A DNA stretch of 63,584 nt, filler included, from Candidatus Woesearchaeota archaeon (lineage in GTDB: Archaea; Nanobdellota; Nanobdellia; Woesearchaeales; CAZJJJ01): assembly GCA_046538795.1 (NCBI GenBank). It is 6 parts of 6 records of this genome, joined end to end, with 100 filler letters (N's around TTAATTAATTAA, not from the genome) between each part and the next. Parts side by side here need not be neighbours in the genome. Positions count along the whole stretch, not along the records: positions 1 to 11,360 come from JBKHIF010000046.1; positions 11,461 to 22,437 come from JBKHIF010000047.1; 4 more parts are not named here. The stretch is one strand, 5' to 3'. The position numbers were made by a program, and so were the translations under genes. Shown here in pieces: positions 8,666-17,927 of the stretch (its first letter is position 1; each line of letters starts with the position of its first letter). Under the pieces are notes generated by a model. It saw nothing but the letters and a program-made list of their open reading frames with translations. It made no database searches and was not told the DNA's origin.

Positions 8666-9949
8666 TTAGTAATAAGTCTGTGTCTCTTCGTCCTCGTCTT
8701 CGTCCTCGTCATTCTTTGGTCCTGTAAGCTTGTTAAACACAATTACAAGTCCAAGTATAAGGAGGAACACGATTAAAACAACTGCTCCGATTTCAAGAGT
8801 TCTTCTGAATCCACCTGTTTCAGTTTCTTCTTCCTCTTCAGCCGGCATAACATTTGCCTGAAGAGCAACCTGTTTCATGGTGTTTCCGCTTCTTACGTTC
8901 ACTATAAAGACTTTATCGCCTTCTGCGCCTTCGTTAGGAGTCACATACAGATAAACTGTCTTTGATGAACCTGCTTCAACAACAACAAGGTTTGTTGGGT
9001 TGATCTGGAATGTTGCCCAGTTAGCAGGTGAAACAGTGATTGCGTAAGTCTTTGATTCTGAACCGACGTTGCTTATTGTTACTGGATAACTAAGTGTCTC
9101 GCCAACAGTTCCTGTCTGAGGTTCGCTGTCTGCACTTACAAAGGTTGTTTCTGAAGGCTCGTCATCATCATCTTCAACTGCGTCTTCTGCAAGAACAAGA
9201 ATTTCATATTCTTCAACTTCAGTTTCGTCTCCATCATAATATTCAACTTCAACAACTGCTTTGTATGTTCCTGGTTCTGCATTCTGAGGAATTCTTAGGA
9301 AAAGCTCTTCTGATGATTCTGTGTCATCTTCGCTTCCTTCAATTTCATCAATATAATCTGATGCTGAAACGCCTAGTGCAGGGATTCCTACAGTAACCTT
9401 GACATCTTCCTCGTCTTCTCCATAGTTCCTTACTCTTACTGTTGAAAGAAGAGCTCGTCCTGGAAGAACGCCGTTTTGTGGTGAGAAGATAACGTCTCTT
9501 ATAGCAACATTATGGTCATCATCGTCAACCTGAAGCTTTACATATGCAGCAGGAACTATTCCTTCCGGAGCATATACTTCAATTCTCAGATCATAATATC
9601 TTACATCAACTCTCTGAGGAACTTCAAGGCTTAGCCTTTTCCTGTAGGTTGAACCTTCAACCATGTCAAATGGTCCTTCAACATCAACAAGCGAATCTCT
9701 ATCTCTGTGACCATAGCCTCTTAATGAAGCCTCAATCTCTATGTCATCAACACTTTCATTTGCTTCCAGCTCAATAGTTATATCGATCTTGTCGCCTCTC
9801 TTGACGTTGTATGTTGAACCGTCAAAAACATATGATCCATCTATCTGGATACTAACTACATCAACAGGAACAACATCAGCAGCAACTGATGAAGCCATCA
9901 TAACAACAGCCAACATAAAAACCATCAATAATCCAATTTTATTTCTCAT
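8666..9949 (-). CDS. Cell-surface/S-layer-like protein (signal peptide, Ig-like CARDB/NEW3-type domains, C-terminal TM anchor)
   Basis: N-terminal signal peptide (MRNKIGLLMVFML...VAA), acidic beta-rich repeats (VRVRNYG, IPQNAEPGTY, VTISNVG), C-terminal TM helix and acidic tail. Confidence 0.8.
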   Translation of the reverse strand: MRNKIGLLMVFMLAVVMMASSVAADVVPVDVVSIQIDGSYVFDGSTYNVKRGDKIDITIELEANESVDDIEIEASLRGYGHRDRDSLVDVEGPFDMVEGSTYRKRLSLEVPQRVDVRYYDLRIEVYAPEGIVPAAYVKLQVDDDDHNVAIRDVIFSPQNGVLPGRALLSTVRVRNYGEDEEDVKVTVGIPALGVSASDYIDEIEGSEDDTESSEELFLRIPQNAEPGTYKAVVEVEYYDGDETEVEEYEILVLAEDAVEDDDDEPSETTFVSADSEPQTGTVGETLSYPVTISNVGSESKTYAITVSPANWATFQINPTNLVVVEAGSSKTVYLYVTPNEGAEGDKVFIVNVRSGNTMKQVALQANVMPAEEEEETETGGFRRTLEIGAVVLIVFLLILGLVIVFNKLTGPKNDEDEDEDEETQTYY

Positions 9950-10103
9950 TTGGTTAACCCCCACTTTGATTTTTTATAATTAAGATACCGTTGATAGGTA
10001 AAACACGACACCTTTTCATATGAGTAAAACAACTCTGATATTTAAATATTATGGTCGTTTAGTATATCTGAGTAGTTACACCACAAAACCATTTTTCGGT
10101 GAA

Positions 10104-11360
10104 TCATATTACATAAAACATCCTGTGTTTTACTCTTTTCTCATCTCCTTCTGTTATTGAAAATCTTGCATAATATATTCCTGGTGTTGTATCTTCAGGA
10201 ATCTCTATATAAACCATGAAATCCTCGCTTCCTTCAAGATCAAATGGACCAAGAGATCTTGTTGCGATCGCTCCAAATAGTCCCATTATGTTGACATTAA
10301 TCTCAACATCATCAAGATCAACGCCCTTATTTTCCAGACCAAGATTATATTGAAGTGTTTCTCCAGGCTTAACAAACTCATCACCTATCAACTGTAATGT
10401 GCTTACTCCAATCTTTTTAACTTCATGTTCAACAGGTTCAGGTTCATATTTCCTGTAAACATTCACATAATCTGAATCTGAGATATCATCAAAACTCATA
10501 GTGCATGTAACTTTCTCTCCAAATTTAGTGTTTTCAGCACCTATCTTAAGCGAAAGCGTGCAGATTTCATCGCATTCTAAGGTACCATTTGCCTTCTTTA
10601 TACCAGTATCAACATAGTAGTCTACATAAGTGAACTCATCACTTACAATTTCTGCATTACAGTATAGATCTGTTGTGTCATAAGGCCTTTTAGGCGTAAG
10701 TTCAACATTAATAGACTCTGTTATAGGTTTTGGGATGCAAGCGCCGTCTGAGCAAATCTCCTCGTCAGAACACTCATCAGCCAAGACAGGATCATTTCCT
10801 ATAATAACTCCGTTGCAGATTCCAGTATTCACGCCGCAGTACTGATCATATTCAACAAGGAATACATCTCCGTATTCATTATTTGGCATGCAGACATATT
10901 CAGATCCAGAGCTTGTGTCACAAACGGTTGTACCGTCATCATTATCGTATTCATGACATCCGGTCGCATGATTAAATGACCACTCACGGCATATTGTATC
11001 ATCAGGAAGGTTGTCTTCGTTCTCACCGACACATGACTCATCTTCATCATCATCGCAGACGCCGTCATTGTCTGAATCAATGCATCCTTCACAATATGAC
11101 TGGCCTGGAACACAGTATTCTTCCATATTGCAATAATCCTCAACAACAGGGTCTTCCCAGTCGTATGCTCCATCGCATTCGCCTGTATCTACTCCGCAAT
11201 ATTGTATCCTTGTCTGACTAAAGACATCATCTCCAAGATCTGTTCCATCTGAACATACATATCTTTCTCCAGAATCAGAATCACAGATTGTAGATCCATC
11301 ATCATATTGTTCTTCTATGCAACCAGTATTGTAATTGAACCAATTTTTGAAACAGGTTGT
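10104..11360 (-). CDS. Cys/Asp-rich repeat surface protein, 5'-truncated at contig end
   Basis: The frame stays open from 11126 to the contig end at 11360; two Cys-rich repeats about 120 aa apart, a DSDNDGVCDD Ca-binding-like motif and a C-terminal Ig-like domain (IPEDTTPGIY). Confidence 0.82.
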   Translation of the reverse strand, partial: TTCFKNWFNYNTGCIEEQYDDGSTICDSDSGERYVCSDGTDLGDDVFSQTRIQYCGVDTGECDGAYDWEDPVVEDYCNMEEYCVPGQSYCEGCIDSDNDGVCDDDEDESCVGENEDNLPDDTICREWSFNHATGCHEYDNDDGTTVCDTSSGSEYVCMPNNEYGDVFLVEYDQYCGVNTGICNGVIIGNDPVLADECSDEEICSDGACIPKPITESINVELTPKRPYDTTDLYCNAEIVSDEFTYVDYYVDTGIKKANGTLECDEICTLSLKIGAENTKFGEKVTCTMSFDDISDSDYVNVYRKYEPEPVEHEVKKIGVSTLQLIGDEFVKPGETLQYNLGLENKGVDLDDVEINVNIMGLFGAIATRSLGPFDLEGSEDFMVYIEIPEDTTPGIYYARFSITEGDEKRVKHRMFYVI

Positions 11361-11460
11361 NNNNNNNNNNNNNNNNNNNNNNNNNNNNNNNNNNNNNNNN
11401 NNNNTTAATTAATTAANNNNNNNNNNNNNNNNNNNNNNNNNNNNNNNNNNNNNNNNNNNN
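11361..11460. other. Artificial contig linker (N-run + TTAATTAATTAA + N-run)
   Basis: Identical 100-nt spacer with stops in all six frames, recurring five times in the window. Confidence 0.98.
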
Positions 11461-11775
11461 AGTGGTTCCGGGTTTATTTCCCATCATACAATCTACAAGA
11501 TGTTTTGCAGATGCATCATCAAATGCAAATAAAGCTTCACCTTTAAGATCACCATTGACTTCAAGATATATGCTTGAAACAATATTTTCCGGGCCGCCAA
11601 GCTCATCTGCAAATTTTTCAAAAGCAATAAATTTGGTCTCAGGAATATTTATACCCACTCTTTTATTTAGCAATTGAGAAAGCGATGTTGCAGCATTTCC
11701 AATACCAACATTTCCGCATTCTCTCAATGCGTCTTTTTCCACATCACTTAATTTAAGTTTTTCCACGCCAATCAC
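11461..11775 (-). CDS. cheC: Chemotaxis phosphatase CheC, 3'-truncated at contig end
   Basis: DALRECGNVGIGNAATSLSQLLNK carries the CheC D/S-x3-E-x2-N motif. Confidence 0.9.
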
Positions 11776-11817
11776 ATCCGTTATAATACATAAAATATTA
11801 AATAAACATACTTCATG

Positions 11818-12414
11818 TCAGCCTCTCCTCCTTGATTTTAAGGCTATCATAATTTTGTTCAGGGAATTCTCATCAAAAATAAGGAACAAATCTCCACCAA
11901 CCTGTTCTGATTCTACCTTAAGAAAAGTGTCAACCACAAAAAGATCCTCTTCTGTCTTTTGCACAAGAGAATATAGTTCAGAATCCATCTCACTTACGTG
12001 ACTAAGATATGAAGGAGGATTAGGAAGAACTGTGAATTTCAGATCGTCGCCCAAAGTATTAAGGAAGGCTCCTCCGATTATGTTCAGGAATTCAGTAAAT
12101 GCAGATTTTGCATCATCTGTAACTTCTTTAAGAGTGTCAGGAGGCTGCATCATCATCATATCAAGCAGTTTAAGACCATTTATCAGATCATAAGAAATTA
12201 TGAGATTTCCTGAAATATCTCCTGAAATTTTTGATATGCCTATCAAAGACTGCTCTCCGATACGATCCACTATAGGAACGCTTTTTAGTTTTACGCTAGG
12301 AAAATCAACAACTACGTTCTTATTGATCATCTGCTTTAGAGCATCTCCTGCATTTTTTGAAGCATCAATGCAAATCTTACTTAGTATGTTCTTTTCGTTA
12401 TCTTCAAGTTCCAT
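11818..12414 (-). CDS. cheC: CheC-family phosphatase (second copy; first site degenerate)
   Basis: Intact C-terminal motif SAFTEFLNIIGGAFLNTL; N-terminal site reads LSKICIDASKNA; GGAGG SD upstream. Confidence 0.85.
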   Translation of the reverse strand: MELEDNEKNILSKICIDASKNAGDALKQMINKNVVVDFPSVKLKSVPIVDRIGEQSLIGISKISGDISGNLIISYDLINGLKLLDMMMMQPPDTLKEVTDDAKSAFTEFLNIIGGAFLNTLGDDLKFTVLPNPPSYLSHVSEMDSELYSLVQKTEEDLFVVDTFLKVESEQVGGDLFLIFDENSLNKIMIALKSRRRG

Positions 12415-12695
12415 TTTGTTGTCTCCTCCGTTGACAGGATCGATTTTTTTGACCAGATTGTTGCCCTATTACACATAACTTGTGAGAAAAGGACACAAAT
12501 GTATTAAAATAGTCCTTTCCAATATGACAATCAGGATATCATATTTTCAAAACTTTTTTCTTATTAATATGTGTTTGCATAGGTCAGTTGCAGACAATAA
12601 TTTAGCATATAATATCTCTGCAACCAAGTTTTTAAGGCATAACAATTTTATGTATTATTTGTGACTTTTGGATACTTATGTATTATCATGTCTGG

Positions 12696-14672
12696 CTAAT
12701 TATCAAATAGTGTATTTATATCTAATATTAGAGCAACGTTTCCATCTCCCAATATGGTTGCTCCGGAAACTCCTTTTGTTCCTCTAACTACACCTGGAAG
12801 ACTCTTTATTAGTATTTGCTGCTGGCTTTCTATTGTATCAACAACAATTCCTATTTTTTCATTATTCCTGTTGACTATTACAACCGTCAATTTCTGTGAA
12901 ACATCATAATCAGACATGCCCGTAAGCTCATGAAGCCAAAGGACAGGAATTTCTAAATTTCTCAGTATAAAAACAGATTCATTGTTTATCGTCTTTATAT
13001 CAGAAAGGCTTACATCGATAGTCTCATCTACACTTGATAGTGGAATTGCATAAATATCATCCTGAGCTTTCACAAGAAGGGCAGTTATTATAGCAACAGT
13101 CAAAGGAAGCCTCATCTCGACAGAAGATCCCTTGCCAACCTCAGATTTTAGGTTAATATGTCCTCCAAGCTGTTTTATCTTGCTTTCGACAACATCCATG
13201 CCAACACCTCTTCCAGATACTTCAGTTACTACTTTATTTGTACTTACCCCTGCACGAAAAATAAGCATCTGTATCTCTTGTATCGACATTTTCTCTGCTT
13301 CTTCGGCTGTAATAACTCCCTTATTTATGCAGCTTTCTTTAACCTTCTCAGAATCAATACCCGCACCATCATCAACAACTTCCACAATCGCATGGTTTTT
13401 TTCTCTTCTCGCAATAACTTTGACAGATCCTTCCTGTGGCTTTCCAACATTCATCCTTTCTTCTGGAGTCTCAATACCATGATCAATTGAATTTCTAAGA
13501 AGATGAACCATAGGGTCTCCTATCTCGTCAAGAACTGTCCTGTCAAATTCCATCTCAGCTCCTTCAATGGAAAAATTGACTTTTTTGTTCTGCTTGTTTG
13601 CAAGATCCCTGACCATACGGGGAAATCTATTTATTATGTTTCCTATAGGAACCATCCTTACACCCATCACCTCATCCTGAAGATCAAGTATAAGACGATC
13701 TACGCTTGCAAGAACTGTCTTTAATTCAGAAAGATTATGTTTTTTGTTTATGTTCTGCAATCTTATGTTGCTTATAAGAAGCTCACCTACAAGATTCATT
13801 AGCTTGTCAAGTTTTTTCATCTCAACTTTTACACTTTGTATCTGTTTTACAACACCTTTGGTACTTGCAGGTGTTTTTGTGTTATCAGAAGAATCATCCT
13901 GCTTTGCATTATTGATATCTTCAGGAGGAACATATTTTTCTTCAAGCCCAAGAACAAATATTTTTTTGACTCCCGACACTGCATCTGTTATTTTCTTTAT
14001 ATCTTCTTTATTTTTCTTGGAAGCAACAACAAGCTCCACTTCAGAATCAAATTTACCTGCTTTTATATCATCTGACGAAGGAGTGCTTTTTATAATATCA
14101 CTTATATCAACCACGTCTCTCATGACGACAGAAGCCTTTCCGGCCTTGAGAAAATTCTTTGGATCAAAGACCATTATTATTCTCGTTATGTTCATCTTTT
14201 TTTTCTTTAAAGATGCAAGTTTTTTGTTATCCTCATCGCTGAACTCAGCAAATTCTCCAATCTTTATATCAAAACTTTCTTCTTTTGCACCGATTATATT
14301 TTTCAGTTCAGGAATTATTCCTTCAACCTCAAGTGCATCAGCATTGTCCTGGGATATAAGATCAAGTCCCTCTTCCAGAAGATCAACACCGTCAAACAAA
14401 AGATCCATCACTTCCTGTCTTACCTCAAGCTCTTTATCTCTTACCTTTGAAAGCACATCTTCAAGCGAATGGGCAAGCTCAGAAAATTTCATGAAACCCA
14501 TAGCAGCAGAATTTCCTTTCAGGGTATGAAATGCCCTGAAGATCTTATTAATATTATCCATGTCAGATGCATCCTTTTCAAGTACAAGCAGACCCTGATT
14601 AAGAGTATCCATATGATCCTGAGCTTCAGATATGAATTCATTCTTGTATTCTGAGGTGTCCATTTTTATCAT
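12696..14672 (-). CDS. cheA: Chemotaxis histidine kinase CheA
   Basis: HPt FRAFHTLKG, P2 domain, dimerisation LDKLMNLVGEL, N-box HLLRNSIDHGIE, G1 DDGAGID, G2 SGRGVGMDVV, C-terminal CheW-like domain (GATILGDG). Confidence 0.97.
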   Translation of the reverse strand: MIKMDTSEYKNEFISEAQDHMDTLNQGLLVLEKDASDMDNINKIFRAFHTLKGNSAAMGFMKFSELAHSLEDVLSKVRDKELEVRQEVMDLLFDGVDLLEEGLDLISQDNADALEVEGIIPELKNIIGAKEESFDIKIGEFAEFSDEDNKKLASLKKKKMNITRIIMVFDPKNFLKAGKASVVMRDVVDISDIIKSTPSSDDIKAGKFDSEVELVVASKKNKEDIKKITDAVSGVKKIFVLGLEEKYVPPEDINNAKQDDSSDNTKTPASTKGVVKQIQSVKVEMKKLDKLMNLVGELLISNIRLQNINKKHNLSELKTVLASVDRLILDLQDEVMGVRMVPIGNIINRFPRMVRDLANKQNKKVNFSIEGAEMEFDRTVLDEIGDPMVHLLRNSIDHGIETPEERMNVGKPQEGSVKVIARREKNHAIVEVVDDGAGIDSEKVKESCINKGVITAEEAEKMSIQEIQMLIFRAGVSTNKVVTEVSGRGVGMDVVESKIKQLGGHINLKSEVGKGSSVEMRLPLTVAIITALLVKAQDDIYAIPLSSVDETIDVSLSDIKTINNESVFILRNLEIPVLWLHELTGMSDYDVSQKLTVVIVNRNNEKIGIVVDTIESQQQILIKSLPGVVRGTKGVSGATILGDGNVALILDINTLFDN

Positions 14673-14733
14673 CTCTTTTTTTTGCTAATATATATTTCCA
14701 ATGTGCCTGCAACAGCTCAACAAATTGTAAAAA

Positions 14734-15756
14734 TCAAAGGTCAAGCAACTGGACAAGCGATACAGGTATTTTTTCAAGAGGCACGATTTCATCAGCCAGT
14801 CCCGCCACGATAACCTCTTTAGGCATACCATATATGACACATGTTTCTTCTGACTGCGCAATAATAGTCCCATTATGTTCTTTTATTGTCCTTGATCCTT
14901 CCTTGCCATCACTTCCCATACCGGTAAGTACTATGCCTATAGTGTTCTCTCCAAATATTTTTACTACTGAATTAAAAAGCCTGTTGGCATTAGGCCTCAC
15001 ACCAAGTTCAGGCGGAGTTTTGTTATCAAGATATATTGATCCTTCCATTCCTTCAATATCTGATTTCAATTCCATATGATAGCCTCCCGGAGCTATGAGT
15101 ACAAGACCGTTTTTTAATTCATCACCTTGTTTTGCTTCCCTTACTTCCAGATCACAAAGCGTATTTAGTCTTTCTGCAAAAGATTTGGTGAATCCAGGCG
15201 GCATATGCTGGACAATAAGTATAGGCGCAGGAATCTCTTTTGGCAACTGAACAAGCAAAGCCTCCAGAGTCTGAGGACCGCCTGTAGATGAAGCTATAAC
15301 GACAATCTTTTTTCTTGTTGATCCAAAAGTCTTTTTTCTCACTTTTGATATCTTGAATTTAGGAATTTTTGCACGAGCAGCAGCTTTTACTTTGAATTTA
15401 AGCTCATAAGATATTTCATCCATGTTCTGATAAGTGGGCTTGAAAACATAATCAACTGCTCCGGCATTCATTGCTTCAAGCGATTTTTCAGAACCTTTTT
15501 GAGTGTGAGAACTTACTATAACAACAGGTATATTATATTGAGAAACTATTTTCTTTAGAACCTCTATGCCATCCATATCAGGCATCTCGAGATCAAGAGT
15601 TATTACGTCAGGCCTAAGAGTTGATATCTTTTTAAGAGAGTCCCTGCCATCAATTGCAGTTCCAACTACCTGGATACCAGAATCACTTGCAAGTATCTCT
15701 GACAACATCTTTCTCATCAATGCAGAATCATCAACCACTAATACCTTAACCATCAT
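14734..15756 (-). CDS. cheB: Chemotaxis methylesterase CheB
   Basis: Receiver domain (VVDDS, TLDLEMP) plus esterase triad motifs ASSTGGP, VQHMP, LTGMGSDG. Confidence 0.97.
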   Translation of the reverse strand: MMVKVLVVDDSALMRKMLSEILASDSGIQVVGTAIDGRDSLKKISTLRPDVITLDLEMPDMDGIEVLKKIVSQYNIPVVIVSSHTQKGSEKSLEAMNAGAVDYVFKPTYQNMDEISYELKFKVKAAARAKIPKFKISKVRKKTFGSTRKKIVVIASSTGGPQTLEALLVQLPKEIPAPILIVQHMPPGFTKSFAERLNTLCDLEVREAKQGDELKNGLVLIAPGGYHMELKSDIEGMEGSIYLDNKTPPELGVRPNANRLFNSVVKIFGENTIGIVLTGMGSDGKEGSRTIKEHNGTIIAQSEETCVIYGMPKEVIVAGLADEIVPLEKIPVSLVQLLDL

Positions 15757-15824
15757 CTAAACCTTTATTTTTGCACCACAATCAAAAACAGAGTAAAAAC
15801 ACCAAAATCAGAGCAACTGATCAA

Positions 15825-16187
15825 TTATCCGCCATATTTTTTGATCACAGAAAGCACATCATCTTTCTGGAAAGGCTTTACAATAAAATCAGAGGCTCCG
15901 GCTTCAACAGCTTCATTGATTATCTTCTGTTGTCCAACTGAAGTACACATGACGACTTTTGCGCCTTTATTTTTAGCAATGATCCCTTTTAATGCCTCAA
16001 TACCATTTACATTAGGCATCATTATATCCATAAAGACTAAATCTGGATTTGATTCTCCGAACTTATCCATTGCTTCTTGTCCATTGCCTGCTTCAGCAAC
16101 AACCTGAGAGCCTGCCTCAGAAATTATATTCTTAAGCATATTTCTCATGAATGCTGAATCATCAACGACCATAACATTAATACCCAT
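15825..16187 (-). CDS. cheY: Chemotaxis response regulator CheY
   Basis: VVDDSAFMR, FMDIMMP, MCTS, FIVKPF; located next to cheB. Confidence 0.92.
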   Translation of the reverse strand: MGINVMVVDDSAFMRNMLKNIISEAGSQVVAEAGNGQEAMDKFGESNPDLVFMDIMMPNVNGIEALKGIIAKNKGAKVVMCTSVGQQKIINEAVEAGASDFIVKPFQKDDVLSVIKKYGG

Positions 16188-16225
16188 CCAAAATCACCTC
16201 AAGAGCATAAAATTATCAATTAAAC

Positions 16226-16585
16226 TTACAAAAAATTATTCATAGCATCTACTATGTCCTGCCTGTTGAATGGTTTCATTATATAAGCCACACAGCCGGC
16301 AGCCTTTGCCTTTTCTTCCTGTTCAGGTTCCTTAAGAGATGTGCACATTACAACTTTTGCACCAGGATTGCTCTTTTTAATTGTTTCAAGAGCAGTTATG
16401 CCATCCATACCGGGCATCTTGATGTCCATGAAAACAAGGTCAGGCTTATTCTCATTGTATTTCTGAACACCTTCTTCTCCTGTATGAGCTTCAAGTATCT
16501 CTACCTCCTTACCCTCCTTTTTAATAAAATTTCTTATAACTGCAACCATCAGAGAAGAATCCTCTACGATCAATATTTTTTTCAT
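16226..16585 (-). CDS. cheY: Second CheY-like single-domain response regulator
   Basis: IVEDS, FMDIKMP, MCTS, YIMKPF. Confidence 0.85.
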   Translation of the reverse strand: MKKILIVEDSSLMVAVIRNFIKKEGKEVEILEAHTGEEGVQKYNENKPDLVFMDIKMPGMDGITALETIKKSNPGAKVVMCTSLKEPEQEEKAKAAGCVAYIMKPFNRQDIVDAMNNFL

Positions 16586-16635
16586 TTTATCTACCTCGCT
16601 TCATGTTTCAACAATATGATTCCAATAATCTCCAC

Positions 16636-17742
16636 TCATACTATATTATAAAAATTTGTTGCGACATTACAGCAGCCGTAAAGGCTCACATCTTTGTTCT
16701 TTATCGCATAGACAGGTATTTTTCTAAGCACATCTGATCTTTTATCATGTTTTTCAAACTCTTTCATGAAAAGTCCGTCTTTAAAAAGATTGATGTTGTT
16801 CATGACCACATTTCCGGTTATGAAAAGTCCGCTATAGCATTCTGACATAAGCGCAATAATTCTTGCAGCACGTCCGAAATAATTGATTAGCTTTTCAACA
16901 GTCTCTTTACAGACAGGATCTTTATCATAGTTTTTCTCAATCTCCCTTAACTTGGGTATGCCCTTCAGAGTTTTGATTTTTTCGGATACAACTGTCTCAT
17001 TGCGCTTCTTCTTTGATCTTATGAATTCGTAAAGGAGTTCCATACCCTGACCTGATAACACTCTTTCAAATTCAGGATGAACATCTTTTTTTTCAAGATA
17101 ATTTTTCTTTAGATACTCTGCAAATTCCATATCAAACTTATCATGTATGATAAGATCCATGTGACCTCCTTCTGAAGGAAGCGGTGCATGAAGATAAGTA
17201 TCATTGTCATAATATACTACGCTTACGCCAAGCCCTGCTCCAGCACCTAAAACAGCATACACATTCTCACGCGTCCATCCTCCGGTTAAATCTTCACCGA
17301 CGTGATCAATCTTCACAACATCTTTTTCCATATCAATAAGATCAATCCCATATCCAATAGCTTCAAAATCATTTATCAATATGACCTTGTTAAGCATGGT
17401 ATTATCCATAATTTCCTGGACCCTGATCTCAAGATCAATGTTCGTAAGCTTGATATATCCTCTTCTTCTTGAAACCGGACCTGCAGCTCCTATGCAGCAC
17501 CTGTTTACTTCTATATCGTATTCAAGTTTTACATCTCCAAGAATAGTGTTCATAACCTCATACACTTTTCCGACTTTTGATGTTTCTATAGAATATTTTA
17601 CTATGATGTCAAAATCCTTCTTGCTTTTCACACCCAGAACAGCAAAATAAGAATTGCTTCCCCCAACATCTCCCACAATTACAAAAAATTCGTAATCATC
17701 TTTACTGAATCCATTTGAATCAATTGAGTATTGTTTTTCCAT
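16636..17742 (-). CDS. glk: Glucokinase (bacterial Glk family)
   Basis: GDVGGSN, AAGPV, LTN, INDFEA, GAGAGLG, PSEGGH and ERVLSGQG are Glk-family motifs. Confidence 0.88.
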   Translation of the reverse strand: MEKQYSIDSNGFSKDDYEFFVIVGDVGGSNSYFAVLGVKSKKDFDIIVKYSIETSKVGKVYEVMNTILGDVKLEYDIEVNRCCIGAAGPVSRRRGYIKLTNIDLEIRVQEIMDNTMLNKVILINDFEAIGYGIDLIDMEKDVVKIDHVGEDLTGGWTRENVYAVLGAGAGLGVSVVYYDNDTYLHAPLPSEGGHMDLIIHDKFDMEFAEYLKKNYLEKKDVHPEFERVLSGQGMELLYEFIRSKKKRNETVVSEKIKTLKGIPKLREIEKNYDKDPVCKETVEKLINYFGRAARIIALMSECYSGLFITGNVVMNNINLFKDGLFMKEFEKHDKRSDVLRKIPVYAIKNKDVSLYGCCNVATNFYNIV

Positions 17743-17927
17743 TTTAATAACCTTTAATTATTTTAGAGTCCCCTTATTTATATAATTTAACATTATTTAA
17801 CAGGCGGCAAGCAAAAATACATTTTTAAAAACATTCATATCGCCAAACTGAGATCCTATATATAGATAAGCCATATTTATTAATCCCACTGAAAATAGTT
17901 ATAAAAAATCAGTATAATTTATCATGA

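Noticed and set aside
11361..11460. Recurrent TTAATTAATTAA palindrome within N-runs (five copies)
   Set aside because: Artificial six-frame-stop contig linker; any operon or synteny across these joins was disregarded.
12415..12695. Gap between cheA and cheC that might hide cheW
   Set aside because: Only 280 bp, too short for CheW, with no suitable minus-strand ORF; the 60-aa plus-strand ORF is unsupported.
13744..14529. 261-aa plus-strand ORF and many similar Ser/Phe/Ile-rich ORFs across the window
   Set aside because: Antisense shadows of well-supported genes (here cheA) with no motifs.
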